Source of the DNA: Sideroxydans sp.
GTDB taxonomy: Bacteria > Pseudomonadota > Gammaproteobacteria > Burkholderiales > Gallionellaceae
Direction: 5' to 3'
Length of the DNA stretch: 64,000 bases
Assembly (NCBI GenBank): GCA_013824485.1
Contig: PNNY01000001.1
Coordinates: 12,017 to 76,016 of the forward strand
The position numbers were made by a program, and so were the translations under genes. Every line of letters begins with the position of its first letter. Within the stretch, counting starts at the first letter, position 1. The notes below the pieces were generated by a model that did no database searches, was not told where the DNA came from, and saw nothing but the letters and a program-made list of their open reading frames with translations. Below, one piece after another: positions 7,691 to 19,591 of this stretch.

Positions 7691-9150
7691 TGAAAAGGGC
7701 GTTAACAGTTATCCATGCTTTGGGTCTATTGTTGGTGGTGTTCAGCATCGCTTACCTTATGCCCATCGTCACCTCGCTGATCTACGGTGACTACACCATG
7801 CTTTACGACTTCTTCATGGCGATGCTGTGGACAGCGTCTGCCGGTGTGTTGATGTGGATGCTGACGCGCAGACACAAAGGCGAGCTCTCTATTCGCCACG
7901 GCTACTTACTGGTCGTCGCGATGTGGACGGCGATGCCTGCCTTCAGCACCATCCCTTTGCTGATGATGATTCCTAATCTGTCTTTCACGGATGCTTACTT
8001 CGAAACGATGTCGGGCATGACGACCACGGGCGCGACCGTGCTGGTTGGCTTGGACAATCTACCCCCCGCACTCAACCTATGGCGGCATGAACTGAATTGG
8101 TTGGGTGGCTTGGGCATCATCGTGTTGGCCGTTGCGGTGTTGCCACTGCTTGGCATCGGTGGCCGACAATTGTTCAAGGCCGAGACTCCAGGGCCAATGA
8201 AAGATTCAGCCTTGACCCCTCGCATCGCAGACACCGCACGCAATCTTTGGATCGTCTATGTCGCCATCACCTTGGCTTGTATCGGCAGCTTGAAATGGGC
8301 GGGCATGTCTTGGCTGGATGCCGTCTGCCATTCCTTCGCCACCATGGGGCTAGGCGGATTCTCCACTCACGATGCTAGCGTCGGTTACTTCAATTCTCCG
8401 CTGATCGAATTCATCATGATCGTGTTCATGTTGATCGCCGTGCTGAACTTCGCCACCCATTTCATCGCTTTGCGCAACCGCAGTTTCAGGGTGTATCGCG
8501 TCGACCCGGAAGCGATCCCATCTTTGACCATCATCCTTGGTAGCTGCATCGGCATCGCCACTTTCTTATGGTGGCAGGATGTCTACCCAAGCTACTGGAC
8601 TGCACTGCGCCATGCCAGCTTCAACTTGGTCTCAATCGCCACCAGTTCGGGCTTTGCTAGCGTGGATTACGCTCAGTGGCCCATCTTCGCTCCGCTATGG
8701 ATGATGCTTCTCACTGCGACTGTGGCTAGCGCTGGCTCGACGGGTGGCGGCATCAAAATGATCCGCACCTTGGTGTTGGTGAAGCAGGCAGGACGTGAAT
8801 TCCTAAAGTTGCTCCACCCGAATGCAGTCGATCCAATGAAGATCGCTGGTCAGGTCATCGCCAACAACATCGTATTCTCGGTCTTGGGTTTCATCTTCTT
8901 GTATTTCATGACGCTGACAATTTTGACCTTCGCATTGCTCATCAGTGGACTCGATTTCATCTCAGCCTTCACTGCTGTACTCGCCTCAGTCAACAACTGC
9001 GGCCCGGGATTGGGCGTGGTCGGTCCTGCTAGCAACTATCAAGGTCTGACTGACTTCCAAACTTGGGTGTGTACCTTCGGCATGCTGATTGGACGACTTG
9101 AGATCTTCACTGTGCTGATCCTCTTCACACCTCAATTCTGGCGGAAGTAG
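7690..9150 (+). CDS. trkH: Trk potassium uptake membrane protein
   Basis: SGMTTTGAT, GSTGGGIK, GRLE pore motifs. Confidence 0.95.
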   Translation: MKRALTVIHALGLLLVVFSIAYLMPIVTSLIYGDYTMLYDFFMAMLWTASAGVLMWMLTRRHKGELSIRHGYLLVVAMWTAMPAFSTIPLLMMIPNLSFTDAYFETMSGMTTTGATVLVGLDNLPPALNLWRHELNWLGGLGIIVLAVAVLPLLGIGGRQLFKAETPGPMKDSALTPRIADTARNLWIVYVAITLACIGSLKWAGMSWLDAVCHSFATMGLGGFSTHDASVGYFNSPLIEFIMIVFMLIAVLNFATHFIALRNRSFRVYRVDPEAIPSLTIILGSCIGIATFLWWQDVYPSYWTALRHASFNLVSIATSSGFASVDYAQWPIFAPLWMMLLTATVASAGSTGGGIKMIRTLVLVKQAGREFLKLLHPNAVDPMKIAGQVIANNIVFSVLGFIFLYFMTLTILTFALLISGLDFISAFTAVLASVNNCGPGLGVVGPASNYQGLTDFQTWVCTFGMLIGRLEIFTVLILFTPQFWRK

Positions 9151-9261
9151 GCACTTCGAGCATATCGGCTCATTGAGTACATAGTGGAAATTGCGGTATC
9201 CTGCGCGAATATGAAGAAGTTCCGTTGCAGTTAATTTGGTAATAAAGATAATAACTTCAGG

Positions 9262-9678
9262 GTGGTCAACGTGAGCGATAGTCTGTCTGGAATACGCATC
9301 GTACTGATCGATGACAGCAATACCATACGCCGTAGCGGTGAGATATTCCTCTCACAGGCAGGCGCTAAGGTGGTGCTAGCGGAGGATGGCTTCGATGGCT
9401 TATCTAAGGTGGTAGACAACAAACCCGACGTCATCTTCGTCGACGTCATGATGCCGCGATTGGATGGCTATCAGACCTGCGCACTCATCAAGAACCATCG
9501 TGATTTCAAAAACACCCCTGTCGTCATGCTCACCAGCAAGGACACCTTGTTTGATCGAGCGCGCGGCAAACTGGTCGGTTCTGATCAATATCTGACCAAG
9601 CCCTTCAGCAAGAAGAGTTTGATCGAAGCAGTCATCGCACATACAAAACGTTACGAGGAAGCAGAATATGGCAATTAA
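9262..9678 (+). CDS. pilG: twitching motility response regulator
   Basis: IDDSNTIRRS...DGYQTCALIK...LFDRARG. Confidence 0.92.
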   Translation: MVNVSDSLSGIRIVLIDDSNTIRRSGEIFLSQAGAKVVLAEDGFDGLSKVVDNKPDVIFVDVMMPRLDGYQTCALIKNHRDFKNTPVVMLTSKDTLFDRARGKLVGSDQYLTKPFSKKSLIEAVIAHTKRYEEAEYGN

Positions 9679-10033
9679 GAAAGTGTTGGTCGTGGATGAC
9701 TCTGCGACGGAGCGTCACGTATTAGGCGAGATGTTAGGCAAAAAGGGTTTTCAAGTCGTCTTCGCCGAGAGCGGTGAAAAAGGGGTAGCCAACTCTAAGA
9801 CCGAGATGCCAGACCTGATTCTGATGGATGTGGTGATGCCGGGCTTGAACGGTTTCCAAGCGACCCGCGCTATCTCGCAAGACGAAGCGACCAAACATAT
9901 CCCTATCATCATCTGCACAACCAAAGGGCAAGAGACCGACAAGATATGGGGCATGCGCCAAGGCGCCAAGGATTACGTCACCAAACCCATCAATGCCGAA
10001 GAGTTGTTAGGCAAGATCAACGCGCTCGGCTGA
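9668..10033 (+). CDS. pilH: twitching motility response regulator
   Basis: [14 protein letters not shown]...[13 protein letters not shown]. Confidence 0.92.
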   Translation: MAIKKVLVVDDSATERHVLGEMLGKKGFQVVFAESGEKGVANSKTEMPDLILMDVVMPGLNGFQATRAISQDEATKHIPIIICTTKGQETDKIWGMRQGAKDYVTKPINAEELLGKINALG

Positions 10034-10042
10034 TCCATCTCC

Positions 10043-10537
10043 ATGTCCAAACGTTTCAACCTACGCGAATTCCAACAGCAAGTACTGGATAGACTACAAG
10101 CACAAGCGGCTGGCGATGCTCAAGTGTCTACGCTCGGGGTTCGTGTCGGCGAGACGTTCTGGCTAGTAGATATGCCCGACATCAGCGAAGTATTGCCCTT
10201 GCCTCAACTCACGCACGTTCCTTTGACCAAACCTTGGTATTGCGGGGTAGCGAACGTGCGCGGAAGTTTATATAGCATCGTCGATCTAGGTGCCTACATA
10301 GACAACGAGACGACCCAACGCGAAGCGCATAACCGCGTACTGCTACTTGGTCAACGCTTCGCTTTCAATACTGGTCTATTGGTCTCAAGGGTGTTGGGGT
10401 TGCGTAACACGCAAGATTGGCAGCAACAAGAAGTCAACGGCGAATTGCGTTTGCAGGATGCGAATGGACAGGTCTGGCGCAAGCTAGACATCACACACAT
10501 GTTGTCACAACCGGAGTTCTTGCAGATCGGGGCTTAG
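10043..10537 (+). CDS. pilI: CheW-like pilus chemosensory protein
   Basis: VPLTKPWYCGVANVRGSLYSIVD; operon position. Confidence 0.88.
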   Translation: MSKRFNLREFQQQVLDRLQAQAAGDAQVSTLGVRVGETFWLVDMPDISEVLPLPQLTHVPLTKPWYCGVANVRGSLYSIVDLGAYIDNETTQREAHNRVLLLGQRFAFNTGLLVSRVLGLRNTQDWQQQEVNGELRLQDANGQVWRKLDITHMLSQPEFLQIGA

Positions 10538-10562
10538 TCCGTTACTGCACAGGGAGAAATAT

Positions 10563-12557
10563 ATGGCTTTCAAATCGTCCTCAAAAAAATCCGCTTCAAC
10601 GAACCCAGATGAGATTCGCAGCATCAACATCCCTTGGTTCAGCAAACAGTCATTTGATCGCCAGCTACGCATATTGGGCGGATTGCTCTTGGTATTCCTG
10701 CTCATCGCGGGCGTCTTCACCTACCTCGACACGCGTGCATCAGGTTCTGGCTCTCGTTACGTTGCTCAAGCCTCCAAACTGCAACTGCTGTCGCAACGGC
10801 TAGCAAAGAACGCCGAGGTTGCCAGTATCTCAGGTGACAGTGCGGCGTTCGACGCGCTGACCGATGCGCGCGCGCAGTTCACGACGACACTGGAGATTCT
10901 AGACAAAGGTGATGGTGTCTTACCACCCACAGAAGGTGTGGCACGCACGCCTTTGGATCAACTGACCTTGCAATGGACTCGCATCACCAGATTGTTGGAT
11001 GAGTTGGAACAGGGGCGCGGCGTGTTGGTCACCCTAGAGCGCGGCGCCTCATTGCAACGCGATATGTTGAAGATGGCAGAAAAAGTGGTCAGCGAGACCT
11101 CGCCTGCATTACGTCCCAAAGCTAACCAGTTCCAATTGTTGTTGGAACAGACCGTGGGCGAAGTGCAGACCGTGCAAACTTCTACTTCCACTGAAAGTCT
11201 GGCTGCCTTGCCTGAAAAGATGCGCGCCGCACAGGCGCTGTTAGCAGAACTCCCCCAGGCCGATCCGAACGTCATCGCGCTAAAAGACGAATTTGAAGGC
11301 TATCAAAACGTGGTGGGTTTCATCGCCGCGAACTCAGACAAGGTATTGGCTTCTCGTAAAGCTGCCCAAAAACTGCTAGCGGAAGATGACCAAATGCTCT
11401 CGGTGACACAAAAGTTGGTGTCAAGCTACGAAGATGCCAGCTCAGGCCGCGCATCTAGTTTCGTTGTCGGCTTCTCAGGCGGCATGTTGCTGTTACTGTT
11501 ACTGTTGCTATCAAAGATCTACCTCGATGAGGCGCAACGCCGCGAGCGCGAAGCAGCACGTATCAACCGTCAGAACCAACAAGCGATCTTACGTTTGATG
11601 AACGAACTGTCTGATCTGGCGGACGGCGACTTGACCACCAAGGCGACAGTGACAGAGGACATCACGGGCGCGATCGCTGATTCGATCAACTACACCACCG
11701 ACGAACTTCGCAAACTGGTATCGCGCGTCATTTCTGCATCGCAACAAGTCACCAAGGCGACGAGCGATGCGGGTACGGTCACCAAAGGACTTCTTGCTGC
11801 GACTGAGAAACAAGCGACCGAGATCCGCGATGCGGGTGGCGCGGTTGAATTGATGACCAAGTCGATCCAAGAGGTCGACAGTAGTGCGGCTCAGTCTTCC
11901 GAGGTGGCGCGACGTACGCTAGAAGTGACCGAGCAAGGTGCACGCGCTGTGCAGAACTCAGTAGCCGGCATGGATGGCATCCGCGAACAGATCCAAGAGA
12001 CTTCCAAGCGTATCAAACGTCTGGGTGAGAGCTCACAGGAGATCGGTGAGATCGTTGACCTCATCTCCGACATCACCGAACAAACCAACGTGCTCGCGCT
12101 GAACGCAGCGATCCAAGCGGCGTCAGCGGGTGAAGCAGGACGCGGCTTCGCGGTGGTTGCAGAAGAAGTCCAGCGCCTCGCGGAACGTTCTGGCGAGGCG
12201 ACCAAGCAGATCGGCTTGCTGGTCAAGACGATTCAAGGCGATACGCAAGATGCCGTGGCGGCGATGGAAAAGAGCACACAGGGTGTGGTCGAAGGTGCGA
12301 AGCTTTCCGACGAAGCGGGTAAGTCGCTTCAGGAAATTGAGCGCTCCACGCGAGAACTGACCGACCTTGTGAACAGTATCTCGGTATCCACACAAGTACA
12401 AACCGACATGGCACAAGAAGTAGCGAACGTGATGGCAGACATCTTGAAGATCACGGAGCAAACTTCAAAGGGTACGCAATTGACCAGCGCATCGGTAGCT
12501 CAGCTGGAAGGCTTGGCTAAAGAATTGAGTGGCTCGGTATCCGGCTTCAAGCTCTAA
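10563..12557 (+). CDS. pilJ: methyl-accepting chemotaxis protein
   Basis: Two TM segments; QTNVLALNAAIQAASAGEAGRGFAVVAEEV signalling domain. Confidence 0.92.
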   Translation: MAFKSSSKKSASTNPDEIRSINIPWFSKQSFDRQLRILGGLLLVFLLIAGVFTYLDTRASGSGSRYVAQASKLQLLSQRLAKNAEVASISGDSAAFDALTDARAQFTTTLEILDKGDGVLPPTEGVARTPLDQLTLQWTRITRLLDELEQGRGVLVTLERGASLQRDMLKMAEKVVSETSPALRPKANQFQLLLEQTVGEVQTVQTSTSTESLAALPEKMRAAQALLAELPQADPNVIALKDEFEGYQNVVGFIAANSDKVLASRKAAQKLLAEDDQMLSVTQKLVSSYEDASSGRASSFVVGFSGGMLLLLLLLLSKIYLDEAQRREREAARINRQNQQAILRLMNELSDLADGDLTTKATVTEDITGAIADSINYTTDELRKLVSRVISASQQVTKATSDAGTVTKGLLAATEKQATEIRDAGGAVELMTKSIQEVDSSAAQSSEVARRTLEVTEQGARAVQNSVAGMDGIREQIQETSKRIKRLGESSQEIGEIVDLISDITEQTNVLALNAAIQAASAGEAGRGFAVVAEEVQRLAERSGEATKQIGLLVKTIQGDTQDAVAAMEKSTQGVVEGAKLSDEAGKSLQEIERSTRELTDLVNSISVSTQVQTDMAQEVANVMADILKITEQTSKGTQLTSASVAQLEGLAKELSGSVSGFKL

Positions 12558-12565
12558 GGACAAGC

Positions 12566-15500
12566 GTGACAGCCTCTTTCAACTCAATGCAACTGCTGTC
12601 AGTCAAGTCAGAGCTTGATAGCTCATTGGCGAAGATCAGCCTTGCGCTGGAAAGCTTCTTTGCGACAGGTAGCGACATCCAATCTTTGGAAGAAGCACTG
12701 TCAGAGCTACACCGATTCACGGGCGTGTTGCAGATGTTGCCGATGCGCGGACTGGTGGTTTTCTGCACCGAGTTCGAGACGCTGCTAAAAGAACTTTCCT
12801 CGCGCCCTCAAGATGCCAGCCCGATGCGTCAGGACGCCATACGTCGAGGGCTGTTCGGATTGACCCATTATTTGGATGCCCTCGCCGCTGGCGCGCCTAA
12901 CGCCACCTTACGATTATTCAACGAATATCAGGAATTGCACCAAGCGCGTGGCCTTGACATGGCATTCGAGGTGGATCTGTTCTTCCCCGACTCACAAGTC
13001 GAACTACCCGCTTCAGTATTAAGAGAGCCGCAGCTCGATGATCCGAGCGCTCGCATCAAGAGCGCTCGCATGCAGTATCAACAGGGGCTCCTCAAATGGC
13101 TACGACAAGACAATACGTTCGAAGCCTTGAGCAATATGATGGCCGCCGTTCGAATCGTGCTGACCTGTGTGCCACAAGACAACCAACGCGCGTTCTGGTG
13201 GGTAGCAGATGGGTTCCTGAATTGTGTCTCACACGATGGTGTGCCGCCTGAACTGAATATCAAAAAGTCACTCAGCCGCATCGACCAACGTATGCGCTCG
13301 CTGATAGACGATAGTGCCTTCGATGAAGAAGCCGCGTTGAGTGAACTGTTGTATCTGGTGGCGCGTAGTCACACGGTCAGCGAATCCGTTGAGGACATCA
13401 AGACTGCCTTTGCTCTAGAAGATTTCTTACCTGATGCACCGCCTCTCCCCCCGAGTGAGACTGCCGCCGTGCTTGGCAATATGCGCGCGCAGTTGGCCGT
13501 CGCTGATGAGACTTGGGAGCGCTGTGTCGCCGATGATGTCTCTGCTTGCGCCCGCTTCGCGATCCAAACAGAACAACTTTACTTGTTGTCTGAGCAGCTA
13601 GATCGCAACACTTTGCAGTTCCTGTGCAAACAGATCAGCACCACCGCCGCTCATGCGGATGACCCTGACCGTGCTCAGCGCATCGCCATGGATATGGCGA
13701 TGGCGTTACTGTTGTTGAACAGCGGCATTGAACACTACCAACATCTAGGTAGTGGCTTCAATGAACAGGCACGCATCTTAAGCATGCGCATGCAAGCCGG
13801 CATGATGCGTATGCCGGAAGACCCAAGCAAACTAGCCAGCCTAGTCTCGCTGTATTGCGAGATGGAACAGCGTGAAGTGATGTCTCCGCTCGCGACTGAG
13901 ATGCAGAGTAATCTGCAACACATCGAACAGAGCCTCAATGCGTTCTTCGGCAACGCAGCCAAACGGGCAGAGCTACTGCAGGTCAATCGCTTATTGAGTC
14001 AGGTTCAAGGCGGCTTGCACATCCTGTCACTAGATGTGGCTGAACAACTCCTAGTGACATTGCGTCAGATCACAGAACGCTACCAACAAGGTGACACTCC
14101 TTCAGCGAAGGAGATGCGCACAGTCGCTTCCGCCGTCAGCTTGATGGATGGCTATGTTCACGGACTGACGCTCGGGCAAAAGGCAGATCCGGTCGCACTT
14201 GTCTCTGCCTTGAAAGACTTAAGTGAGATCAACATCAATCCTGCCCCTGCCGAGGTTGAGCAGACTGAAGAACCTATCACTCCAGCCGGCGTCTCTATCC
14301 GCTCTGGCGACGAAGATGCCGAACTACTAGAAGTGTTCTTGGAAGAAGCGCGCGAAGTCATGGAGACATTGCGCGCCAATCTTGATATCTCGCGTTTGCA
14401 TTTGGATAGCCGCGAACCTTGGGTGACCATGCGTCGCTCTTTCCACACCCTCAAGGGAAGTGGTCGCATGGTGGGGTTGACCGAATTGGGAGAAGTCGCT
14501 TGGGCGGTCGAGCGTGCCATGAACAAATGGTTGGCTGAGAACGTTCCTGCCACACCTGCCTTGTTGGATATGGTGGGTGATGCCGAGGTCTTGTTCCAAC
14601 ACTGGGTAGACATGCTGCAAAGCGGTGCGACGACCGCACATATCGATACCTCGCATCTCCTCACGGTTGCTGACTGCATAGAGAACGGCAAAGAACTGCC
14701 GCAAGTAGCGCAACCCGAAGCGCCTGTTCCTGAGATCGTGGAAGAGACGCCACAAGAGGAAGCGCAAGTCCAGATAGGCTCTGTTGTCATGTCGCCCGTG
14801 CTGTTCCGTATCGCCTCAGAAGAAGCGGCAGAGCACGTTGCTTCCTTGCAATCCCATCTGTCTGGCTTACACGAGAACAACGAACATATCGTGTCCTATG
14901 ACTTCATGCGCGCCGCCCATACTTTGGCAGGCGTCAATCGCACCATGGGTTTCACCACCATCGCCGAACTCGCCTATGCCTTGGAGCAATGGCTTGAGGT
15001 GCGCATCGATAAACCGAATGTGGTGAACGACGTCCAGCTTTCACTGCTGAACGAGGTCATCTCTCGTCTGGACGAATTGTGTGCGGCTGTCAGAGCGCAC
15101 ACCGAACCGCTTCAACAGAGCGACCTGATCGCCCGTTTGCAGGCAGACAAAGAGATCGTGATCGCTCAACAAGAGCTGCCGATAGAGCCAGTGTTTGCCT
15201 TCACTGAAACCGTCATCGAAGCTCCAATCGTCGATGAGCCGACACTTGAAGTCGAAGCACAAGATGAGGCACCTGTCGTTGAAGAATCTTTGGCCGAGAT
15301 CCAACATGACGGCAAAAAAGAACGCGGCGTTCACGACGAGGTCGACGAGCAGTTGTTGCCAATCTTCTTGGAAGAAGCTCACGAGCTTTATCCTCAGATC
15401 GGCAGCACCTTACGTGCATGGCGCGAGACACCTGAAGACTCGCAACTTGGACGCAACCTACAACGCAGCCTGCATACGCTCAAAGGTAGTGCCCGTATGG

Positions 15501-17563
15501 CTGGCGCGATGCGTCTGGGTGAATTGACCCACCGCGTTGAAGATCGTGTGAGCAAAGCGATCTCAAAGAACACCTTGGATGATGCGTTATGGAACGAGAT
15601 GGACAACTATCTCGATCGCATCGCTCATGCCATCGACGAGTTGCAGAATCCTCAAGCAGCCGTTGCTGCTGACGAAGCGCCTACAACGATCACAGAAGCC
15701 ACTCCAGCCCCCATCGCCGCACCCGTTCTGGAAGTGGGTGCCGAGCGTGCCATGCAAGCTGCGTTGTTGCGTGTGCGTTCCGATACCGTGGACCGCTTGG
15801 TCAACGAGGCGGGCGAAGTCAGCGTGGCACGTTCACGCGTGGAAGCCGAGTTGCGCGAGTTCAAGAACGGCGTGTTGGAACTAACAGACAGCGTGAACCG
15901 ACTACGCAAACAATTGCGCGAGATCGAGATCCAAGCTGAAGGTCAGATGCAGGCGCGCGTCTCGGTCAGCCCAGAAAGCACACAAGAGTTCGACCCGCTG
16001 GAGTTCGACCGCTTCACCCGCTTCCAAGAGTTGACCCGCTTCATGAACGAAAGCGTGCACGACGTTCAGACCGTACAACAAGCGCTGTTGAAGAACTTGG
16101 ACGAGACCTCCGCTGCCTTGAACGCACAAGCGCAGCTCAACCGCGATCTGCAGCAAGGCCTGATGAGCATCCGCATGGTGCCCTTCGCGAGCATCAGTGA
16201 ACGCCTCTATCGCATCGTACGCCAAACCGGTAAAGAGTTAGGCAAGCGCGCTAACTTGGAGCTTTCAGGCACCGAGATCGAGCTTGACCGCAGCGTGCTG
16301 GAGAAGATGACCGCACCGTTCGAGCACTTGTTGCGCAACGCCATCGCACACGGTCTAGAGACCTCAGAGCAACGTGCGCTGACCAGCAAAGCACCGATCG
16401 GCGAGATCCGCCTTTCCTTGCGTCAGGAAAGTAACGAGGTCGTATTCGACTTTAGCGATGACGGCGCAGGTTTAGATATCCCGCGCATCCGCCAAAAATC
16501 TCTCGATACAGGACTCATCACTGCAGATGAAGTGATCAGCGACGAACAAGTGATGCAACTGATCTTCACTGCCGGGCTTTCTACTGCGAAAGAAGTCACC
16601 GAGATATCCGGTCGTGGTGTCGGTTTGGACGTGGTGCGTAGCGAGATATCTGCTCTAGGTGGCCGTGTCGACATCACCTCCGAACCGGGACAAGGTGTGC
16701 GCTTCAGCATCCACTTGCCACTGACTTTGGCCGTGACCAAGACCTTGCTGGTACGCGCAGGTCAATCCATCTACGCTCTACCTTCGACCATGGTCGAACA
16801 CGTACAGCAATTGAAACCAGCAGAATTGAACGCGACCTACAAACAGCAGTTTGTCGACTGGCAAGCTCGCCGTTATACGTTGCACTACCTGCCACGCTTG
16901 CTAGGCGATGACCAAACCGAACTCATCAGCCAGCCGCACAATCCTGTGTTGTTGCTACGTAGCGGAGAGCATCGCATCGCGCTGCATGTGGATGAGTTGT
17001 TAGGCAATCAGGAAGTCGTGGTGAAGAACATCGGACCACAACTGGCTCGCCTGCCTGGTATCGCAGGCGCGACCGTGTCTGCCAGCGGAACGGTCATCCT
17101 CATCATCAATCCGGTCGCCTTCACGCAGCGTATCGCGGTTGTGCGTAAGATCGCCAAGGCGGTCGCCGTCGAGGCAGTTCATGTCAAACCGTTGGTGATG
17201 GTGGTGGACGATTCGCTCACCGTACGCAAGATCACGACTCGTTTGCTAGAGCGCTCTGGCTACTTGGTCGTGACTGCGAAGGATGGCGTGGATGCACTGG
17301 AACAGCTGACCGAGATCTCACCACAGGTGATGTTGCTGGACATCGAGATGCCACGCATGGACGGTTTCGAGCTGGCTAAACGTCTGCGTCAAGACAGCAA
17401 GACCAAGGGCCTGCCGATCATCATGATCACCTCACGTACCGCCGACAAACATCGCAACTACGCGAAGGAACTTGGCGTGAACGAGTACTTAGGTAAGCCT
17501 TACCAAGAAGACGAATTGTTACAACACATCGCGCGCTTCGTCTCCGTTCCGGAGATGGGTTAA
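12566..17563 (+). CDS. chpA: multi-Hpt CheA-like kinase / response regulator
   Basis: Hpt motifs (FHTLKGS, LHTLKGS), HATPase EHLLRNAIAHG / SGRGVGLD, CheW and C-terminal receiver. Confidence 0.92.
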   Translation: MTASFNSMQLLSVKSELDSSLAKISLALESFFATGSDIQSLEEALSELHRFTGVLQMLPMRGLVVFCTEFETLLKELSSRPQDASPMRQDAIRRGLFGLTHYLDALAAGAPNATLRLFNEYQELHQARGLDMAFEVDLFFPDSQVELPASVLREPQLDDPSARIKSARMQYQQGLLKWLRQDNTFEALSNMMAAVRIVLTCVPQDNQRAFWWVADGFLNCVSHDGVPPELNIKKSLSRIDQRMRSLIDDSAFDEEAALSELLYLVARSHTVSESVEDIKTAFALEDFLPDAPPLPPSETAAVLGNMRAQLAVADETWERCVADDVSACARFAIQTEQLYLLSEQLDRNTLQFLCKQISTTAAHADDPDRAQRIAMDMAMALLLLNSGIEHYQHLGSGFNEQARILSMRMQAGMMRMPEDPSKLASLVSLYCEMEQREVMSPLATEMQSNLQHIEQSLNAFFGNAAKRAELLQVNRLLSQVQGGLHILSLDVAEQLLVTLRQITERYQQGDTPSAKEMRTVASAVSLMDGYVHGLTLGQKADPVALVSALKDLSEININPAPAEVEQTEEPITPAGVSIRSGDEDAELLEVFLEEAREVMETLRANLDISRLHLDSREPWVTMRRSFHTLKGSGRMVGLTELGEVAWAVERAMNKWLAENVPATPALLDMVGDAEVLFQHWVDMLQSGATTAHIDTSHLLTVADCIENGKELPQVAQPEAPVPEIVEETPQEEAQVQIGSVVMSPVLFRIASEEAAEHVASLQSHLSGLHENNEHIVSYDFMRAAHTLAGVNRTMGFTTIAELAYALEQWLEVRIDKPNVVNDVQLSLLNEVISRLDELCAAVRAHTEPLQQSDLIARLQADKEIVIAQQELPIEPVFAFTETVIEAPIVDEPTLEVEAQDEAPVVEESLAEIQHDGKKERGVHDEVDEQLLPIFLEEAHELYPQIGSTLRAWRETPEDSQLGRNLQRSLHTLKGSARMAGAMRLGELTHRVEDRVSKAISKNTLDDALWNEMDNYLDRIAHAIDELQNPQAAVAADEAPTTITEATPAPIAAPVLEVGAERAMQAALLRVRSDTVDRLVNEAGEVSVARSRVEAELREFKNGVLELTDSVNRLRKQLREIEIQAEGQMQARVSVSPESTQEFDPLEFDRFTRFQELTRFMNESVHDVQTVQQALLKNLDETSAALNAQAQLNRDLQQGLMSIRMVPFASISERLYRIVRQTGKELGKRANLELSGTEIELDRSVLEKMTAPFEHLLRNAIAHGLETSEQRALTSKAPIGEIRLSLRQESNEVVFDFSDDGAGLDIPRIRQKSLDTGLITADEVISDEQVMQLIFTAGLSTAKEVTEISGRGVGLDVVRSEISALGGRVDITSEPGQGVRFSIHLPLTLAVTKTLLVRAGQSIYALPSTMVEHVQQLKPAELNATYKQQFVDWQARRYTLHYLPRLLGDDQTELISQPHNPVLLLRSGEHRIALHVDELLGNQEVVVKNIGPQLARLPGIAGATVSASGTVILIINPVAFTQRIAVVRKIAKAVAVEAVHVKPLVMVVDDSLTVRKITTRLLERSGYLVVTAKDGVDALEQLTEISPQVMLLDIEMPRMDGFELAKRLRQDSKTKGLPIIMITSRTADKHRNYAKELGVNEYLGKPYQEDELLQHIARFVSVPEMG

Positions 17564-18987
17564 GCAGTTGCTTGCTTGAACATCTCCAGCGTCTTTACTC
17601 GCGCCAAGGCGTGATCGACGATAGGCGCTGCATAATCTCTCCCGACCACCACGCCGACTCTTTCTTGCTCACTGCTCGCTAACGTCCACGGCGCATGGAT
17701 GAATTTGTCGGGACAGTTTGCTAACTCAGGAACATAGCGGCGAATGAATTTACCTGCAGGGTCGAAGCGTTCTGATTGCGTGACCGGATTGAAGATACGG
17801 AACCAAGGCTGCGCATCACACCCCGTCGAGGCTGACCATTGCCAGCCACCGTTGTTCGCCGATAGGTCGTAGTCCAGCAGATGCTCGGCAAAATAGCGTT
17901 CGCCCCAGCGCCAATCGATCTGTAGGTCTTTGGTCAAAAACGAAGCTGTCACCATACGCAAACGGTTGTGCATGAAGCCAGTCTGATTGAGCTGGCGCAT
18001 ACCTGCGTCCACCAGTGGATAACCTGTGCGGCCTTCGCACCATGCGGTGAACTTATCTTTGTCGTTAAGCCATGCCAGCGTGTCGAACTGCGGTTTGTAG
18101 GCATGGTTCACGATTTGCGGATGGTGATGCAACAGCATTTGGTAGAACTCGCGCCAGATGAGTTCGGACAACCACGTTTGCGCGCCCTGCCCACCCACGT
18201 GATGCGCATAGCTCGCCAACGCTCGGATGGAGATGGTGCCGAAGCGCAGATGCGTGGAAAGATAGGACACGCCTTTCACCGCAGGAAAATCGCGCCGTGC
18301 GTGATATTCACCGATGCGCTGTTGAAAATCCTCGAACAACTTACTTGCCCCCGACATGCCACAGGGCAACGCCATCTCTCCTAGATTGGTCAACTTGAAA
18401 CCTAACGATTCCAGACTAGGCAATGGGGTTCGCTCACAATTTGCCAACGCCTCAAGATACGTCTCCACCGGATAAGCACGCAGATAAAAATCGTCCAACT
18501 TCTTCAGCCATGCGTTCTTGTAAGGCGTGAACACGGCGAACGGCTTACCTGATCCATTCAATATCTCGTCACGCTCGAAGATGACTTGGTCTTTGAAGTC
18601 GTGCAACTCGATGTCGTTCTTGCCAAGTTCGGCTGCAACGAACGCATCGCGCTGAATGGCATCGGGCTCGTAGTCGTGATTGCAAAAAACCGCCGATGCG
18701 TTGAGTTGTTTCGCCAACTGCGGGATGAGCTTGCGTGCGCTGCCATGCAATACATGCAAAGTGCTGCCCTGCTTCTCCAGCTCAGCCTTCAACTCCTGCA
18801 CGCTGCGCCAGATGAACTCCACTCGACGGTCAGCCTTGTTGGGCAAAGCATCCAAGTTGTCGGTGTCGAACACGAACACGCAATGCACCGCTACGCTCTC
18901 CTTCAGCGCGTGGTAAAGCGCGGCATGGTCATGCAAGCGCAGATCGCGGCGAAACCAACAGAGTGAGACAGGGTATGTTTTAGTCAT
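17560..18987 (-). CDS. phrB: deoxyribodipyrimidine photolyase
   Basis: [39 protein letters not shown]. Confidence 0.93.
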   Translation of the reverse strand: MTKTYPVSLCWFRRDLRLHDHAALYHALKESVAVHCVFVFDTDNLDALPNKADRRVEFIWRSVQELKAELEKQGSTLHVLHGSARKLIPQLAKQLNASAVFCNHDYEPDAIQRDAFVAAELGKNDIELHDFKDQVIFERDEILNGSGKPFAVFTPYKNAWLKKLDDFYLRAYPVETYLEALANCERTPLPSLESLGFKLTNLGEMALPCGMSGASKLFEDFQQRIGEYHARRDFPAVKGVSYLSTHLRFGTISIRALASYAHHVGGQGAQTWLSELIWREFYQMLLHHHPQIVNHAYKPQFDTLAWLNDKDKFTAWCEGRTGYPLVDAGMRQLNQTGFMHNRLRMVTASFLTKDLQIDWRWGERYFAEHLLDYDLSANNGGWQWSASTGCDAQPWFRIFNPVTQSERFDPAGKFIRRYVPELANCPDKFIHAPWTLASSEQERVGVVVGRDYAAPIVDHALARVKTLEMFKQATA

Positions 18988-19030
18988 AGCGCGAATTGTG
19001 AGGGGAGACTCAAAAAGCTACAATGGCGAC

Positions 19031-19591
19031 ATGTCAAACATGAACCTCACCAACCACTTCCTGATCGCCATGCCGGCGATGACCGATCCCTTCTTCGCCA
19101 AGTCGCTCACTTATGTGTGCGAGCACAATGACGAGGGGGCGATGGGTATCGTGGTGAATCGCCCCATCAGCCTCAATCTGAGCGAGCTGTTCGCGCAGAT
19201 CAACATGCCACTCACCCAGCCAGAGTTGGAAGACATGCCTGTGCATTTCGGCGGTCCGGTTCAGACTGACCGTGGCTTCGTGTTGCATAACGCGGGCGGT
19301 AAATGGCAATCGACTCTGCAAGTGAACGACAAGATAGAACTCACCACTTCCAAAGACATCTTGCAGGCGGTAGGTGAAGGCACGGGGCCCAGCAACCTGC
19401 TCATCACCCTTGGTTATGCGGGTTGGTCTGAAGGGCAATTGGAACAAGAGCTGGCAGCCAATGCTTGGTTGAGCGTGCCTGCCACCGAACACATTCTGTT
19501 CGATCTGCCCGCAGAAGAAAAACTAGCGGCGGCAATGGCCTTGCTCGGTGTTGATTTCGCGTCCCTTTCCGAAGAGGCTGGACATGCCTGA
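19031..19591 (+). CDS. yqgE: YqgE/AlgH family protein
   Basis: [30 protein letters not shown]. Confidence 0.92.
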   Translation: MSNMNLTNHFLIAMPAMTDPFFAKSLTYVCEHNDEGAMGIVVNRPISLNLSELFAQINMPLTQPELEDMPVHFGGPVQTDRGFVLHNAGGKWQSTLQVNDKIELTTSKDILQAVGEGTGPSNLLITLGYAGWSEGQLEQELAANAWLSVPATEHILFDLPAEEKLAAAMALLGVDFASLSEEAGHA